From assembly GCA_964534705.1 (NCBI GenBank), contig CAZHPY010000001.1, positions 1 to 57,330 on the forward strand: 57,330 nt of DNA, written 5' to 3'. Below, piece by piece: positions 19,010 through 28,962 of the stretch; positions within the stretch are counted from its first letter, which is position 1, and every line of letters begins with the position of its first letter. Both the position numbers and the translations under genes were made by a program. The stretch is from an uncultured Planctomycetia bacterium (GTDB taxonomy: Bacteria > Omnitrophota > Gorgyraeia > 2-01-FULL-45-10). The notes under the pieces are model-generated. The model saw only the letters and a list, made by a program, of their open reading frames with translations. It searched no databases and was not told the origin of the DNA.

Positions 19010-20177
19010 ATTTTCCTCGCATTAAGATATCTTCATAAAGGCTTGTAAACTGGATACCGCTCACACAGCTGCTATAATGACTGTTAAAACTACGGCGTCC
19101 ATTCTCGCCCAGCTCCCTGCGAAGATCGGCCGAACTTATAAGTCGCTCTATTTTCTGCCCAAGCTCCTCGGCGTCCGCAGGATCAAAAAGAAGACCGGTT
19201 TTACCGTCCTGCACGATCTCGGATAACGCTCCCAGGCGGCTCGCAATGACCGGCACACCGCAGGCATAAGCCTCTATGATCACACGCGGAAAATTTTCAT
19301 AACATTCTGATGGTACAACAACGCACAACGCCTCTTTCAGAAGAGAAACTACGTCAGCCTGATCTTTCTGCCCGAGCCATTCGACTCCCGGCACATTTAA
19401 TGCCTGCAATTCTTTTTGTAATGGGCCGATCCCCACGATCTTAAGCGGTAGCGGCCACGACCGTGATGTCCACGCATTAAGAAGCGTCCTAACGCCTTTA
19501 TATGGCTGAATCGCTCCAATATAAACAACATGACGCGGTACTCCATCCCTGATTCCGGGGTCTCTTTCAAGAAAATTAGACTTAACAACGATGTGCTTGG
19601 CGTCCCATCCGGCATCAATAAATTTTCTACGGCTGAATTCACTAAGAGCAATGAATTTTGCGATCCTTTTAAGAATATTGCGCTTTTTATACTCACTAAA
19701 AACTCGCATCATCATCCACGTCGAAAAATGTGAGCCGTGCCAACAACCATGTAGAATGCCGCGAAGATTTCCACCGGAAAGGCATTGTTCGCAGACTTGC
19801 CCATCACGATAAAAGGTCGCGGCAGCACACAGAAAACGATAATTATGCAGTGTTTGCACAACGGGAATGCCCGCATCAAAACAGGCTTCGTACGCCGCTG
19901 GGCCTATTACAAAAAAACTATTATGAAAATGTGCAACATCCGGTTTTCTTCGGGCAATCAATGCGCCAACTTCTTCATACACGCGGCGAGAAAAATAAAT
20001 ATCGTGCAGATAAAAGCGGATCTTTTCTAAGCGCCGAAGATCGGACAACTCGCGATTTGACCGGAGATATTCCGCAATATCGTGCCCCAGAGAACGCAGC
20101 AGTACAGCCTCTGATGCTACGACAGCGTCTTCTCCTCCCGGAAAAAGATACGAATTATGAACCTGAAGTATCTTCAT
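19002..20177 (-). CDS. GT4 (GT-B) glycosyltransferase
   Basis: 391-aa ORF with the C-terminal motif SECYENFPRVIIEAYACGVPVIASRLGALSEIV (E-x7-E region). Confidence 0.9.
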   Translation of the reverse strand: MKILQVHNSYLFPGGEDAVVASEAVLLRSLGHDIAEYLRSNRELSDLRRLEKIRFYLHDIYFSRRVYEEVGALIARRKPDVAHFHNSFFVIGPAAYEACFDAGIPVVQTLHNYRFLCAAATFYRDGQVCEQCLSGGNLRGILHGCWHGSHFSTWMMMRVFSEYKKRNILKRIAKFIALSEFSRRKFIDAGWDAKHIVVKSNFLERDPGIRDGVPRHVVYIGAIQPYKGVRTLLNAWTSRSWPLPLKIVGIGPLQKELQALNVPGVEWLGQKDQADVVSLLKEALCVVVPSECYENFPRVIIEAYACGVPVIASRLGALSEIVQDGKTGLLFDPADAEELGQKIERLISSADLRRELGENGRRSFNSHYSSCVSGIQFTSLYEDILMRGKYE

Positions 20178-21112
20178 GACAAAACCTTCAATAAGTACTG
20201 CCGGCGGTAATTTTTCATAAGATTGAGTACCGCCGGAGGAAAGATGGCCAATATGAACAATCCCATGCTCTCCCAGGAAAACTTACACCGAAGACTTTCT
20301 GAAAGCCCGCGGCGGGCATCACGGTAATTTCCTAGAGACAAATGGCGCACTGCAAAACGGCGCAGCATATTTCGTTCGACAACATAAGAATCAAGCGTGG
20401 GATCCTCCTCTAAGATACGTTTATAAAGTTTTCGTTCATACTCTTCCTCACGGCTGAAACTTTTTGCGGTGATCGTATCTCCATGAAGACGATAATCGGT
20501 CAAAAGCTCCCGCATGGAATAAATACTGAACCGCCTGGAAATGCGTAGCCACATATCCAGATCCTCGAGGCTGCGCATGGTTGGGTCGAAATTCCCTACC
20601 GAATCAACCACGTCCCTGCGAAACATTACAGCAGACGGGGCTGTTATCCCATTGCCGTGAAAAACAAAAGACCGATACATTCCACCGTTGGCGGATTTAA
20701 TCCTTACGCCGATCGCAACTCCATTCGAGTTAATAAGCCTCACTCCGGTAAACACCATGCCTGTCTTCGGGTCAGTACTATTAACAAAGAATTTTAGCTG
20801 AGCCTCGAGTTTGCCCGGCAGCCATCGGTCATCATCATCGAGAAGCGCAATATATTCGCCTTTAGCAAGCTCAATACCAGTCATGCGCGCGGCCGACAGT
20901 CCACCATTATCCCGTCTAGTCAGCCGGACACGCTCATCTTTTAAAATATCGGAACATCCGACCTCTATATCGTCATCCGAGCCATCATCCACAATTATAA
21001 GCTCAAAATTTGCATATGTTTGCGCCAGCACGCTGGCAAGCGCCTCGCGTAAATACCCGCGCTTCAGACCATTATATGTAGGAACTATAACGCTTACTAA
21101 AGGCGTGGTCAT
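20174..21112 (-). CDS. GT2 (GT-A) glycosyltransferase
   Basis: 312-aa ORF with VSVIVPTYNG, IIVDDGSDDD and LDDDD (DxD) motifs. Confidence 0.9.
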   Translation of the reverse strand: MTTPLVSVIVPTYNGLKRGYLREALASVLAQTYANFELIIVDDGSDDDIEVGCSDILKDERVRLTRRDNGGLSAARMTGIELAKGEYIALLDDDDRWLPGKLEAQLKFFVNSTDPKTGMVFTGVRLINSNGVAIGVRIKSANGGMYRSFVFHGNGITAPSAVMFRRDVVDSVGNFDPTMRSLEDLDMWLRISRRFSIYSMRELLTDYRLHGDTITAKSFSREEEYERKLYKRILEEDPTLDSYVVERNMLRRFAVRHLSLGNYRDARRGLSESLRCKFSWESMGLFILAIFPPAVLNLMKNYRRQYLLKVLS

Positions 21113-22206
21113 TTTCTTAACACCTCTTCAAATATCTTCCGGTGACGCTCAATCCAGGCGACATTATCAAAATACAAAACAGCTCTCCGCCGAGCCGATG
21201 CGGAATATAGTTTTAATTGTCCTGCGGCTTTTTTTACCGCATTAGCTACAGCATCCGCCGATGGGGTATGCAATGACTCCAGATCCTGCGGTACCGGTAT
21301 AAGCACACCGCCGTCGTTCTCGATAAGTTCCGGAACCCCTCCGCTATCTGAAGCGACCACAGGAAGACCGCAAGCCATCGCCTCAATCACAACAGATGGG
21401 CATGGATCCGCATATTTAAGATGCAGCAGGATATCCGCAGAACGATAGATCTCAGGCGCTTCCGCCTGGCTATATGATCCGCGCAACTCAACAAGATCGT
21501 CAATATCTGAGCTTTTAACAGCGGCACGGACCTCGTTCAGCGCTCCGGGCCATACCAGACGCCCGGCAATCGTAAGCCGTACGGCCAGACCATCTTTTTT
21601 AAGTAAGGCCACTGCTGCCAGGGCAGCCATCACGCGTTCCGGACTTTCATGGCTACCCATGACAAGAAGCCGAAGCGGTCCTGACTCCGTCCGCACAGAC
21701 GCTTCAACAGGGGCAAAAACGGTCGTATCGACCGCGTTATACATCACTGTCGAAGGCCCCATAAACTCTCCGAGAAAATGATCCGCGGCCTTCTTGCAGA
21801 ACTGGCTTTGATATATAACAAAAGCTGCGCTGTGCATGCATCGCGACATCTTGGAGTTTAGCCGCCGATGATCCTTCGGAGACCATGCAGGGTATGCTAC
21901 ACCGTTCTGATTCCAAATAAGCCGGATGCCGCGCTGGACACAAATATCAGCCCATGCTTCTGCGCGAACAGAAATCCCGCTGCTTATCAAGTAAAGCAGA
22001 TTAAGCTCTCCTGTTTGTTCAGGAAAAACACCGCAGAGGGCCGCAAGCTTGACATTACCGCCGTAATAAGGCAATTTATTGCCTGAGCATAATCCTGCAT
22101 AAGAAAGTAATGGTTTTTTAGTTCTGGCGAGCAATGGTCCAGGAAAAACAAAAACCGACTTCCATGCTGTTCTGTATGCCGCCGTAATAATTTCTTTGGC
22201 TATCAT
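21109..22206 (-). CDS. GT4 (GT-B) glycosyltransferase
   Basis: 365-aa ORF with DPCPSVVIEAMACGLPVVASDSGGVPELI. Confidence 0.85.
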   Translation of the reverse strand: MIAKEIITAAYRTAWKSVFVFPGPLLARTKKPLLSYAGLCSGNKLPYYGGNVKLAALCGVFPEQTGELNLLYLISSGISVRAEAWADICVQRGIRLIWNQNGVAYPAWSPKDHRRLNSKMSRCMHSAAFVIYQSQFCKKAADHFLGEFMGPSTVMYNAVDTTVFAPVEASVRTESGPLRLLVMGSHESPERVMAALAAVALLKKDGLAVRLTIAGRLVWPGALNEVRAAVKSSDIDDLVELRGSYSQAEAPEIYRSADILLHLKYADPCPSVVIEAMACGLPVVASDSGGVPELIENDGGVLIPVPQDLESLHTPSADAVANAVKKAAGQLKLYSASARRRAVLYFDNVAWIERHRKIFEEVLRK

Positions 22207-22225
22207 ATGCCATCCATATAGAATA

Positions 22226-23698
22226 TCAAATACGCTTCAAACGGTTAAATAACTTTCTCAAAAAAACAACCAATCTTAGATCGTATAAATGCTCATACCA
22301 GCCGTATTTAAACCGTAGCTTTATGAGAAAAAACAGCGGAGACAATACAATACGCTTTAAAAAGTTCATCTTCTGGAAACTCTTGCTATAAATAGCTGTT
22401 AAAAGATACGCGTTCTGTGTAAGGAACAGATAGCGTCGATCGATCCATGGATAATTAAAATTTTTGCTAAAAACCATACCCCCTTCTTCCGGCCTATATT
22501 TAATCGCCCACTCTTCAAAGGATGATGGTTCATAATACCGATATTTTTCTTTTATGCTCTCGTACAGCTCGCCTCCGGGATAAACACGGAAGAATTGAGG
22601 GCCGATGATCCGCGCGCGAGGGGTCTGCTCTATAGCATATTTGGCGAGATCTAAAGTCTTGCGATACGACTCTATGGTCTCCCCCGGAACGCCTATAATA
22701 AATGAATAGTTTGGATAAACCTGGGGAACATTCCTGAACTCACTGATAAGCGAGCGGACATTTTCCACCTTTATACCCTTTTTTAAACTATCCAATATTG
22801 TTTGCGAACCGCTTTCGAGCCCGAATTTGAGCCATTCACAGTTTACGCTTGCCAACTTTTTCAAGAAAGCACGATCTAAATAGCCGGAACGATAGCAATT
22901 AGCATGGCATGAGGAGGTCCATTTAAAACTGAATTTATTCTCTTTGTATGCGGCAATAAACTCTTCGACTCTTTTTGAGGATAGGAAAAAATTGTCATCG
23001 CGGAAATATATATGGCGGGGATCATGCTTATGAACAATATGCTTTATTTCATTTAGAAATTCCTCCATGGGACGCGGGCGCCATTTTTGACCGCATACAG
23101 CGTTAAAGCAGAATGTGCATCGATAAGAACACCCCCTCCCTGAAAGTATCTGGATAGACCTGGAAAAGTTATCCTGAGTTGAGGCCGATAACAATTTGTA
23201 ATTAATATCATAAAAAGCGACTGGTTCCGGAGAGTGTGTCCTGATAACGTTTCCGTTCTTTTTATATACCAATCCCGGGACATTATCATAGCCCATTCTT
23301 CCGGAAACAACCTCTTCGAATAAACGCCAGATAGTTTCTTCCCCTTCACTGAATGCGACAAAATCGATATTTTTGTATGCACATGTTTGTTCCGGTTGCA
23401 AGATGGCATGCGGACCGCCAACTATAATAGGTTTATCGGGGTAAGTTTCTTTTATACGATCTACCACCTCTTTCATAGAAGTAACGTCAGTGGTCATCAT
23501 GCTAACACCGACAAGCTTTGCATTACTGATCAGATCGTTTAAGATCGTAAAGAAATCTGTTTTAGGATGTTCGCTTGCGTCCAGGATCTTTACATCCAGG
23601 CCGCGCACATTCGTTAAGTAACTTCCTATCGCCAGCGCCCCCCAGGGATAATTGATGAACCTGCTTCCTGTATCAGGGGTGATCAACAAAACATCCAT
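22226..23698 (-). CDS. B12-binding-domain radical SAM enzyme (class B, probable methyltransferase), copy A
   Basis: 490-aa ORF. The N-terminal Rossmann-like cobalamin-binding domain contains DVLLITPD...IIVGGPH. The radical SAM cluster motif is SGRGCSYRCTFC. Confidence 0.85.
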   Translation of the reverse strand: MDVLLITPDTGSRFINYPWGALAIGSYLTNVRGLDVKILDASEHPKTDFFTILNDLISNAKLVGVSMMTTDVTSMKEVVDRIKETYPDKPIIVGGPHAILQPEQTCAYKNIDFVAFSEGEETIWRLFEEVVSGRMGYDNVPGLVYKKNGNVIRTHSPEPVAFYDINYKLLSASTQDNFSRSIQILSGRGCSYRCTFCFNAVCGQKWRPRPMEEFLNEIKHIVHKHDPRHIYFRDDNFFLSSKRVEEFIAAYKENKFSFKWTSSCHANCYRSGYLDRAFLKKLASVNCEWLKFGLESGSQTILDSLKKGIKVENVRSLISEFRNVPQVYPNYSFIIGVPGETIESYRKTLDLAKYAIEQTPRARIIGPQFFRVYPGGELYESIKEKYRYYEPSSFEEWAIKYRPEEGGMVFSKNFNYPWIDRRYLFLTQNAYLLTAIYSKSFQKMNFLKRIVLSPLFFLIKLRFKYGWYEHLYDLRLVVFLRKLFNRLKRI

Positions 23699-23708
23699 GC
23701 CGCTCCCA

Positions 23709-24377
23709 TTAAGGTTTCTTTTGTGCCCTGCAGACTATCTCTCCTTCGGCGTTAAAACCCATCGTTTCCACGCAATAGCCGGCGCGCACTAACTCGTCTT
23801 TCAGCATAGCGCGTGTGTACTCGCGAAAATGGGTTGTGTCACTTAAATATGGCAAACCCAGGTAGATCAATAGCTGCGTCCGCCAGTTCTCCTGGCTAGG
23901 AACACAAATGAGAAGACGCGAAGCATTAATTCGCTTAAGAAAAGCGACGGGGTCCTCGATATGCTCGAGAAGATGAGAAAGGATGCATACGTTATAGCCT
24001 GCTTCCCTAAAAAAACCGGTAAAGTCAAATTTCCTCAGGTCCGCCTGTACGAACTTTACATTCCCATCGCGCTGGGACATTTTCCAATGCCGCACAAGCT
24101 TCGGGTCAGAGTCAATGCCATATCCTTCTTTGATATATGAAGCGATCTTATTCAGAATAAGTCCGGTACCACAACCTATATCAATAACAACATCTTCCGG
24201 AGAAACATTCTCGGCAAAAAATTCGTAGCGATAGTTAAAAATGTTCTTTGGGTGGATCCCCTTGAAAAATCGTATCAGGAACCGTTCGAAGAGCCGCCTT
24301 TCCACCCAATTTCTTGTTTGACTATACAGCCTGATTATTCCGCGCATCATTTTACTCTTTCCCGCTTCCGCCATCAT
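23709..24377 (-). CDS. Class I SAM-dependent methyltransferase
   Basis: 222-aa ORF with SAM-binding motif I VVIDIGCGTGLI and the downstream ILSHLLEHIEDP. Confidence 0.85.
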   Translation of the reverse strand: MMAEAGKSKMMRGIIRLYSQTRNWVERRLFERFLIRFFKGIHPKNIFNYRYEFFAENVSPEDVVIDIGCGTGLILNKIASYIKEGYGIDSDPKLVRHWKMSQRDGNVKFVQADLRKFDFTGFFREAGYNVCILSHLLEHIEDPVAFLKRINASRLLICVPSQENWRTQLLIYLGLPYLSDTTHFREYTRAMLKDELVRAGYCVETMGFNAEGEIVCRAQKKP

Positions 24378-24386
24378 CGCTCCCTT

Positions 24387-25187
24387 TTAGTCTTTTTTAA
24401 ACACCAGAAGAATCGAGTGTCCGGCGAAAGCCGAAAATAAATAATAATTCATCATTCTGATCAACCGCGCCCACAAACGCTTGGATTTATACACGTTTGA
24501 TAAAAAAGGGTGAAGCAAGGATATCTCCTCCATCAGCCCCTTGCTCGGGTCAAATGCCTTCTTTGACAGCAGCTTAAACCCGAACGGCATTACCTTATTA
24601 ACCACAAAGTCTGCGCACAAAATAAACTGATAAAACGCCTGATCATCTTTTTTATTTTCTTCAAAAGAGTAGAGGCCGCATGTTTTTTTTAACCGCCGTA
24701 ACGGATTAAGGTTCGGGAAACTTAAGAACAAGCAGCCCCCTGGCTTCAGTACTCTTGCCGCTTCTGCAATAATCCCGTCAAAACCTTCCTGAAAGTGCTC
24801 GATAACCCCCAGCGACCAGTATCCATCAAAAAAAGAATCTGGAAAATTTAAGGCCCTGACGTCCTGAATAGACAGCTTTAATCCTGGAAACGCCTTCTTT
24901 GATCTTTCAATCGTGTTTTCCTCGAAATCCACTCCGTAAGCATCGAAGCCCCAAGATGAAAGGCCGAAGACTATGTTGCCGGCGCCACAACCCGCATCAA
25001 TGACTTTTCCTCCGGGCTTGATATATCTGCGCGCGCAAGCCCTGATAAACCAGTTGTTCTTCCCGTCTTCAACAAATGAATGCAGGTCCTGCGATCCCCA
25101 CAATAAGTTCCAGAACGCTTTTCCAGAAACTTTCTGAAGCTCGACTAATCTGTCATTTTTTGTGTCATAATATCTGCATCTATCCAT
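24387..25187 (-). CDS. Class I SAM-dependent methyltransferase
   Basis: 266-aa ORF with VIDAGCGAGNI, a YGVDF acidic loop and LKPGGCLFLSF. Confidence 0.85.
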   Translation of the reverse strand: MDRCRYYDTKNDRLVELQKVSGKAFWNLLWGSQDLHSFVEDGKNNWFIRACARRYIKPGGKVIDAGCGAGNIVFGLSSWGFDAYGVDFEENTIERSKKAFPGLKLSIQDVRALNFPDSFFDGYWSLGVIEHFQEGFDGIIAEAARVLKPGGCLFLSFPNLNPLRRLKKTCGLYSFEENKKDDQAFYQFILCADFVVNKVMPFGFKLLSKKAFDPSKGLMEEISLLHPFLSNVYKSKRLWARLIRMMNYYLFSAFAGHSILLVFKKD

Positions 25188-25218
25188 ACCTTACCTGCGC
25201 CGCCTGCCAACATTACGC

Positions 25219-27135
25219 CTATATCAACACCTTTTCACCCATTATTGTCTTAAAGAAATCGGTCAGTCTCAAGGTAGCATTACCATCTAACGGCCCAACG
25301 TGTTCCTGCACATGCTTAAGGCCACGCGCGATCTGGGCCAGACGGAAATCATTGTCATAAATAAGCTTTTCAAATACAGGAGCGGCGTTCTCATCCGGAG
25401 AGATATGAACAACTCCCTTGTTTTCCAAGTAATCGAACCCCTGCCCTTCGAATCTTTCCAGTAATCCCTTGTACTGAATACTTACAACGGGGGTTCTTGC
25501 CAACATAGCTTGCCATATCGCAGTCGTTATAGGAACAGATACTATATCGGCCGCTGAACATAGAGAGAAAAGATTGTAATTATCGACTACCCGCCCCTTG
25601 CATCCCCACAACTTAATCCATTTTTTCACATCTTTTGTGGCCTGAAGAGGATGCGTTTTGACTATTAATTGTGCACCCTTAATGGCATTAACAGCCTGAC
25701 CTGTATTCTTAAAAAGTGCTTCGACGTCTCTTATTGTAAACGGACTGGCAGCGAAAAAAGAAATTAAAAGCACTATCGGTTTTTCAAACGACAACCCAAG
25801 ATCAGAACAAACTTTGCGCCTCGCTTCTTCCTTCGAGCTTATGACGGCCCTGTCAACGAGCGTATCTCCCACAGCGCATATGCGCTCTTTCCCATACTGT
25901 CCCAAGAAACTATTATAAAAAACATCTCCGGAAACGGCCATCCACTCCTGAGAACGCACAACCACGTTATTGTAAGCGTTCGAGGAAAGCGCATAATACG
26001 CCACTGTTGGTATCTTACGCTGACGGCAGATCAAGGTAACAGCCCTGGGCAGTTCCCAATCCTCAAAACAAACGACCATGTCGGGCTGACATCGTTCAAC
26101 CGCTCGTTTTGCAACTTCCACATAATAAGCAGAAAACCGGCCTCCTTCCAAACAGGAGTTTCTCAAGATAGGCTCGGCGTAAGGAAATATCGGTACGCCA
26201 TACCAACTATGTCCTAAGCGTAATGGAGCGTGCTTCTTTAATTGATCCCATCCGCGGCGAGCCGCGCCCTCCACGCTTCGTGTCAACTTAACTCCCTCTC
26301 TTGTATTTATCCACTCGTGGCTATAACTACATTTTACCCCGGCTCGTCTTAAATTTTCCGTTAAGGAAACCCTTTTTTCGGCGAGGAGATATATATCTGC
26401 ATCCAAATTTTGACGCAATGAAGGTAACGCCGCAACGAGCCTCTCCACCGAACGGTCGATCCATCCAATAAATAGAATGCGAGGGCGCGTCTTCTTCTCT
26501 GAAAAAATACCGCCCTCTACTTTAGACGGCAGTCGCTTAGCAAAAGAACGGATTAATAATCGATAATCCGGGATGCCTCTCCTGTAAGCCGTTAAACCAA
26601 AGAGAGACGTGAAGAGCCCGTGTCTCTGATCAAGAAGCGGCCCTTCTTTTGCCGCGACCGCTTTAACAATGCCAGCAACCGGTCCTCGGCCAATGGTCCG
26701 GACCGTATCAGGGGACTCTTTTTCGATCACGCCCTTGATAGTGTTAACATAGATCAAGTTATTAAAAAATAATGGGAGAAGCCATCGGAGCTCTATCGTA
26801 CTCAATAGCGGGATATCGCGATGCACTAAACCATATTCCATGCCTAATTCTTTAGACTGGGAATAAAGCGCGTCCGCGAAAGAATGGAGCGAGGAAAAAT
26901 CAACGCTGTTCCATGCGGCAACATTTTCTATTCCATAATTGTATCGCCGCAATCCTTCGTCCTTAACTTTTTCCAGGAAAAGAGCGCTACTGCAGATACC
27001 CCCCACCCCGTCAAGCCCGGAACGTTTTGATAAAAAAGCTAAATAAGAAAGCGCGATATCCTTTGCCTTGAAACGTAAGCCGCAGTGGTTACTATTGGCG
27101 AAAAAATCATCTGTGAAGAGAATTATTTTTTTCAT
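25219..27135 (-). CDS. Large orphan cytoplasmic protein whose C-terminal half is GT-B-like with an HP motif; candidate CMP-ulosonate (NulO)-dependent transferase
   Basis: 638-aa ORF with no TM segments. IVKTHPL (His codon at 25651-25653) is followed about 35 aa later by DIVSVPITTAIWQAMLARTPVVS. This resembles the HP/nucleotide-binding region of capsule-synthesis (KpsS/KpsC-like) and bacterial sialyltransferase GT-B enzymes. Recognised by eye only. Confidence 0.4.
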   Translation of the reverse strand: MKKIILFTDDFFANSNHCGLRFKAKDIALSYLAFLSKRSGLDGVGGICSSALFLEKVKDEGLRRYNYGIENVAAWNSVDFSSLHSFADALYSQSKELGMEYGLVHRDIPLLSTIELRWLLPLFFNNLIYVNTIKGVIEKESPDTVRTIGRGPVAGIVKAVAAKEGPLLDQRHGLFTSLFGLTAYRRGIPDYRLLIRSFAKRLPSKVEGGIFSEKKTRPRILFIGWIDRSVERLVAALPSLRQNLDADIYLLAEKRVSLTENLRRAGVKCSYSHEWINTREGVKLTRSVEGAARRGWDQLKKHAPLRLGHSWYGVPIFPYAEPILRNSCLEGGRFSAYYVEVAKRAVERCQPDMVVCFEDWELPRAVTLICRQRKIPTVAYYALSSNAYNNVVVRSQEWMAVSGDVFYNSFLGQYGKERICAVGDTLVDRAVISSKEEARRKVCSDLGLSFEKPIVLLISFFAASPFTIRDVEALFKNTGQAVNAIKGAQLIVKTHPLQATKDVKKWIKLWGCKGRVVDNYNLFSLCSAADIVSVPITTAIWQAMLARTPVVSIQYKGLLERFEGQGFDYLENKGVVHISPDENAAPVFEKLIYDNDFRLAQIARGLKHVQEHVGPLDGNATLRLTDFFKTIMGEKVLI

Positions 27136-27142
27136 TTTAAGC

Positions 27143-27784
27143 TCATTTTATGGCCACTGCTATCAGTTTGTGAGAGAAACACATAGCTGGAAAGAGTTTA
27201 AATAATATTCCACCTGTCGGAATGACCTCAATATGACCGAAACATTTTTCTAGCAGATCCTTAAGTTGCCCCGCGTCATAGAAGGTTACATGTGTAGGAT
27301 CGTCGCGTAGCATGCGCAAATTACGGTATACCACCGCGTTAATTATATCGTAAAAGCGCTTGATCGGATAATTAGGCGTCATTACTACTAATTTTCCGCC
27401 GGTTCTTAAAACTCGGTGCAATTCACTGATACACGCTGCCGATTTATGGGATAAGATATGCTCGATTACCTGATCGCTGATGACGAGATCGAAGCTTGAA
27501 TCCGGATAAGGCAACGGCCTGTTCTCATCAATAAGTAGCGCCCGCTCCCAGCCGATTTCCCGACACCTCTTTATGCGAAGTGATGAAATATCACAACCGA
27601 AAATATTATCGGCTCCATATCGATCGGATAAAAAGGAGAAATACTTACCATCTCCGCAGCCATGGTCCAAAACTGTCATGGGTTTACTGGGCACATGTTT
27701 ATCAAGAACGCGGACAAAACCATCCGCGACCATTCCTTTCATGGAACGTTCTATTGCGTATTTCTCAAAGTCTTGATGGCCCAT
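27143..27784 (-). CDS. Class I SAM-dependent methyltransferase
   Basis: 213-aa ORF with VLDHGCGDGKY, FDLVISDQVIEHI and LRTGGKLVV. Confidence 0.85.
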   Translation of the reverse strand: MGHQDFEKYAIERSMKGMVADGFVRVLDKHVPSKPMTVLDHGCGDGKYFSFLSDRYGADNIFGCDISSLRIKRCREIGWERALLIDENRPLPYPDSSFDLVISDQVIEHILSHKSAACISELHRVLRTGGKLVVMTPNYPIKRFYDIINAVVYRNLRMLRDDPTHVTFYDAGQLKDLLEKCFGHIEVIPTGGILFKLFPAMCFSHKLIAVAIK

Positions 27785-27796
27785 ATTATCCCTTAT

Positions 27797-28933
27797 TTAA
27801 AAATGTATATCGCAAAACTTCTTCTGGATAGACGTCTTCCAAAAAGAAGGCGACGAAAGCATCTTCATGAACATATTGGCGCTGTTACCGCGTCCAAACG
27901 AAAAATCCACCGAGCGGCGGACTATGCATTTATTCAAAGCAGCTGCGATCTCTTTTTCATCTTCTTTAACATTAAGAACCGAGTCATTCTCTATGCGCGA
28001 CGATTGCCTGGTGCCAATATTGATGCAGGGCACCCCGAATACCGCGGCTTCACGGATACCGGAACTCGAGTTCCCGATAATAAGATTGGCGTGCTTTAGA
28101 AGACTTATATAGTACTCAAAACGCAGAGAACAGAAAACACGAAAATTAGAGTTGTTCCTCAAAGGACCTAACGCGTTATAAACGACTTCCGACCCCTTAT
28201 CATTATTAGGCTCAATAACAACGAATTTCTTTTTAGAATGGAGCAAGGCGGAGACTACTGTTTTAATATTATCCGGGAGCATCGCGATCTCTGTCGTTAC
28301 TGGGTGATAACAAAAAATACCGTACTCCTCGAACGGAATATCATAACGTTTCTTTACTTTCTGTAAAGAAGGCAATAACCGTGACTTCATGATATCAACT
28401 TCCGGAGAACCTATTACGTGGATCGAATCCTGCGACTCCCCCAACTGAATAAGGCGTTTCCGGGAATTTTGATTAGCCACGCAATGAACATGAGATAGTT
28501 TCGACACAGAGTGCCGGATCAAGTCATCGACCGTACCGGAAAGCTCCCCTCCTTCTATATGGGCTACTAAGATATTATTCAGGACGCCTACGATCGCCCC
28601 GGCCAGCGCCTCAGCCCTGTCACCGTGGACGACTATCAAATCCGGACGAAAAACACGGACGTAGTTAGAAAGCCCCTGGATCGTATTGGCTACTATGAGG
28701 TCCATATCGGAGCTGGAGCTTTCCGTTTGGTTCATAAAAAGAAATACGTTCTTAAAATCTGTTTTCAGTATTTCTTCGTATGTCATCCCATGCCGTAAAA
28801 GGACGTGCATGCCAGTCGCAAATATCTTGCATTCGAACTTGCTCGAACGTTCCACTGTCTGCATTAGCGCCTTCAGTTTTCCAAAATCTGCCCTCGTTCC
28901 TGTTATAAAAAGGATATTTTTCTTTTTAGACAT
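27797..28933 (-). CDS. neuC: Hydrolysing UDP-sugar 2-epimerase (NeuC / LegG family)
   Basis: 378-aa ORF with ILFITGTRADFGKL, VHGDRAEALAGA and VAHIEGGELSGTVDD, typical of the hydrolysing 2-epimerase subfamily. Confidence 0.9.
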   Translation of the reverse strand: MSKKKNILFITGTRADFGKLKALMQTVERSSKFECKIFATGMHVLLRHGMTYEEILKTDFKNVFLFMNQTESSSSDMDLIVANTIQGLSNYVRVFRPDLIVVHGDRAEALAGAIVGVLNNILVAHIEGGELSGTVDDLIRHSVSKLSHVHCVANQNSRKRLIQLGESQDSIHVIGSPEVDIMKSRLLPSLQKVKKRYDIPFEEYGIFCYHPVTTEIAMLPDNIKTVVSALLHSKKKFVVIEPNNDKGSEVVYNALGPLRNNSNFRVFCSLRFEYYISLLKHANLIIGNSSSGIREAAVFGVPCINIGTRQSSRIENDSVLNVKEDEKEIAAALNKCIVRRSVDFSFGRGNSANMFMKMLSSPSFWKTSIQKKFCDIHF

Positions 28934-28962
28934 AATACCTCACATTAAAATTAAAAAATGCT

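Noticed and set aside
20811-21245. 144-aa Ser-rich plus-strand ORF
   Set aside because: It lies antisense across the GT2/GT4 gene junction and has no supporting signals.
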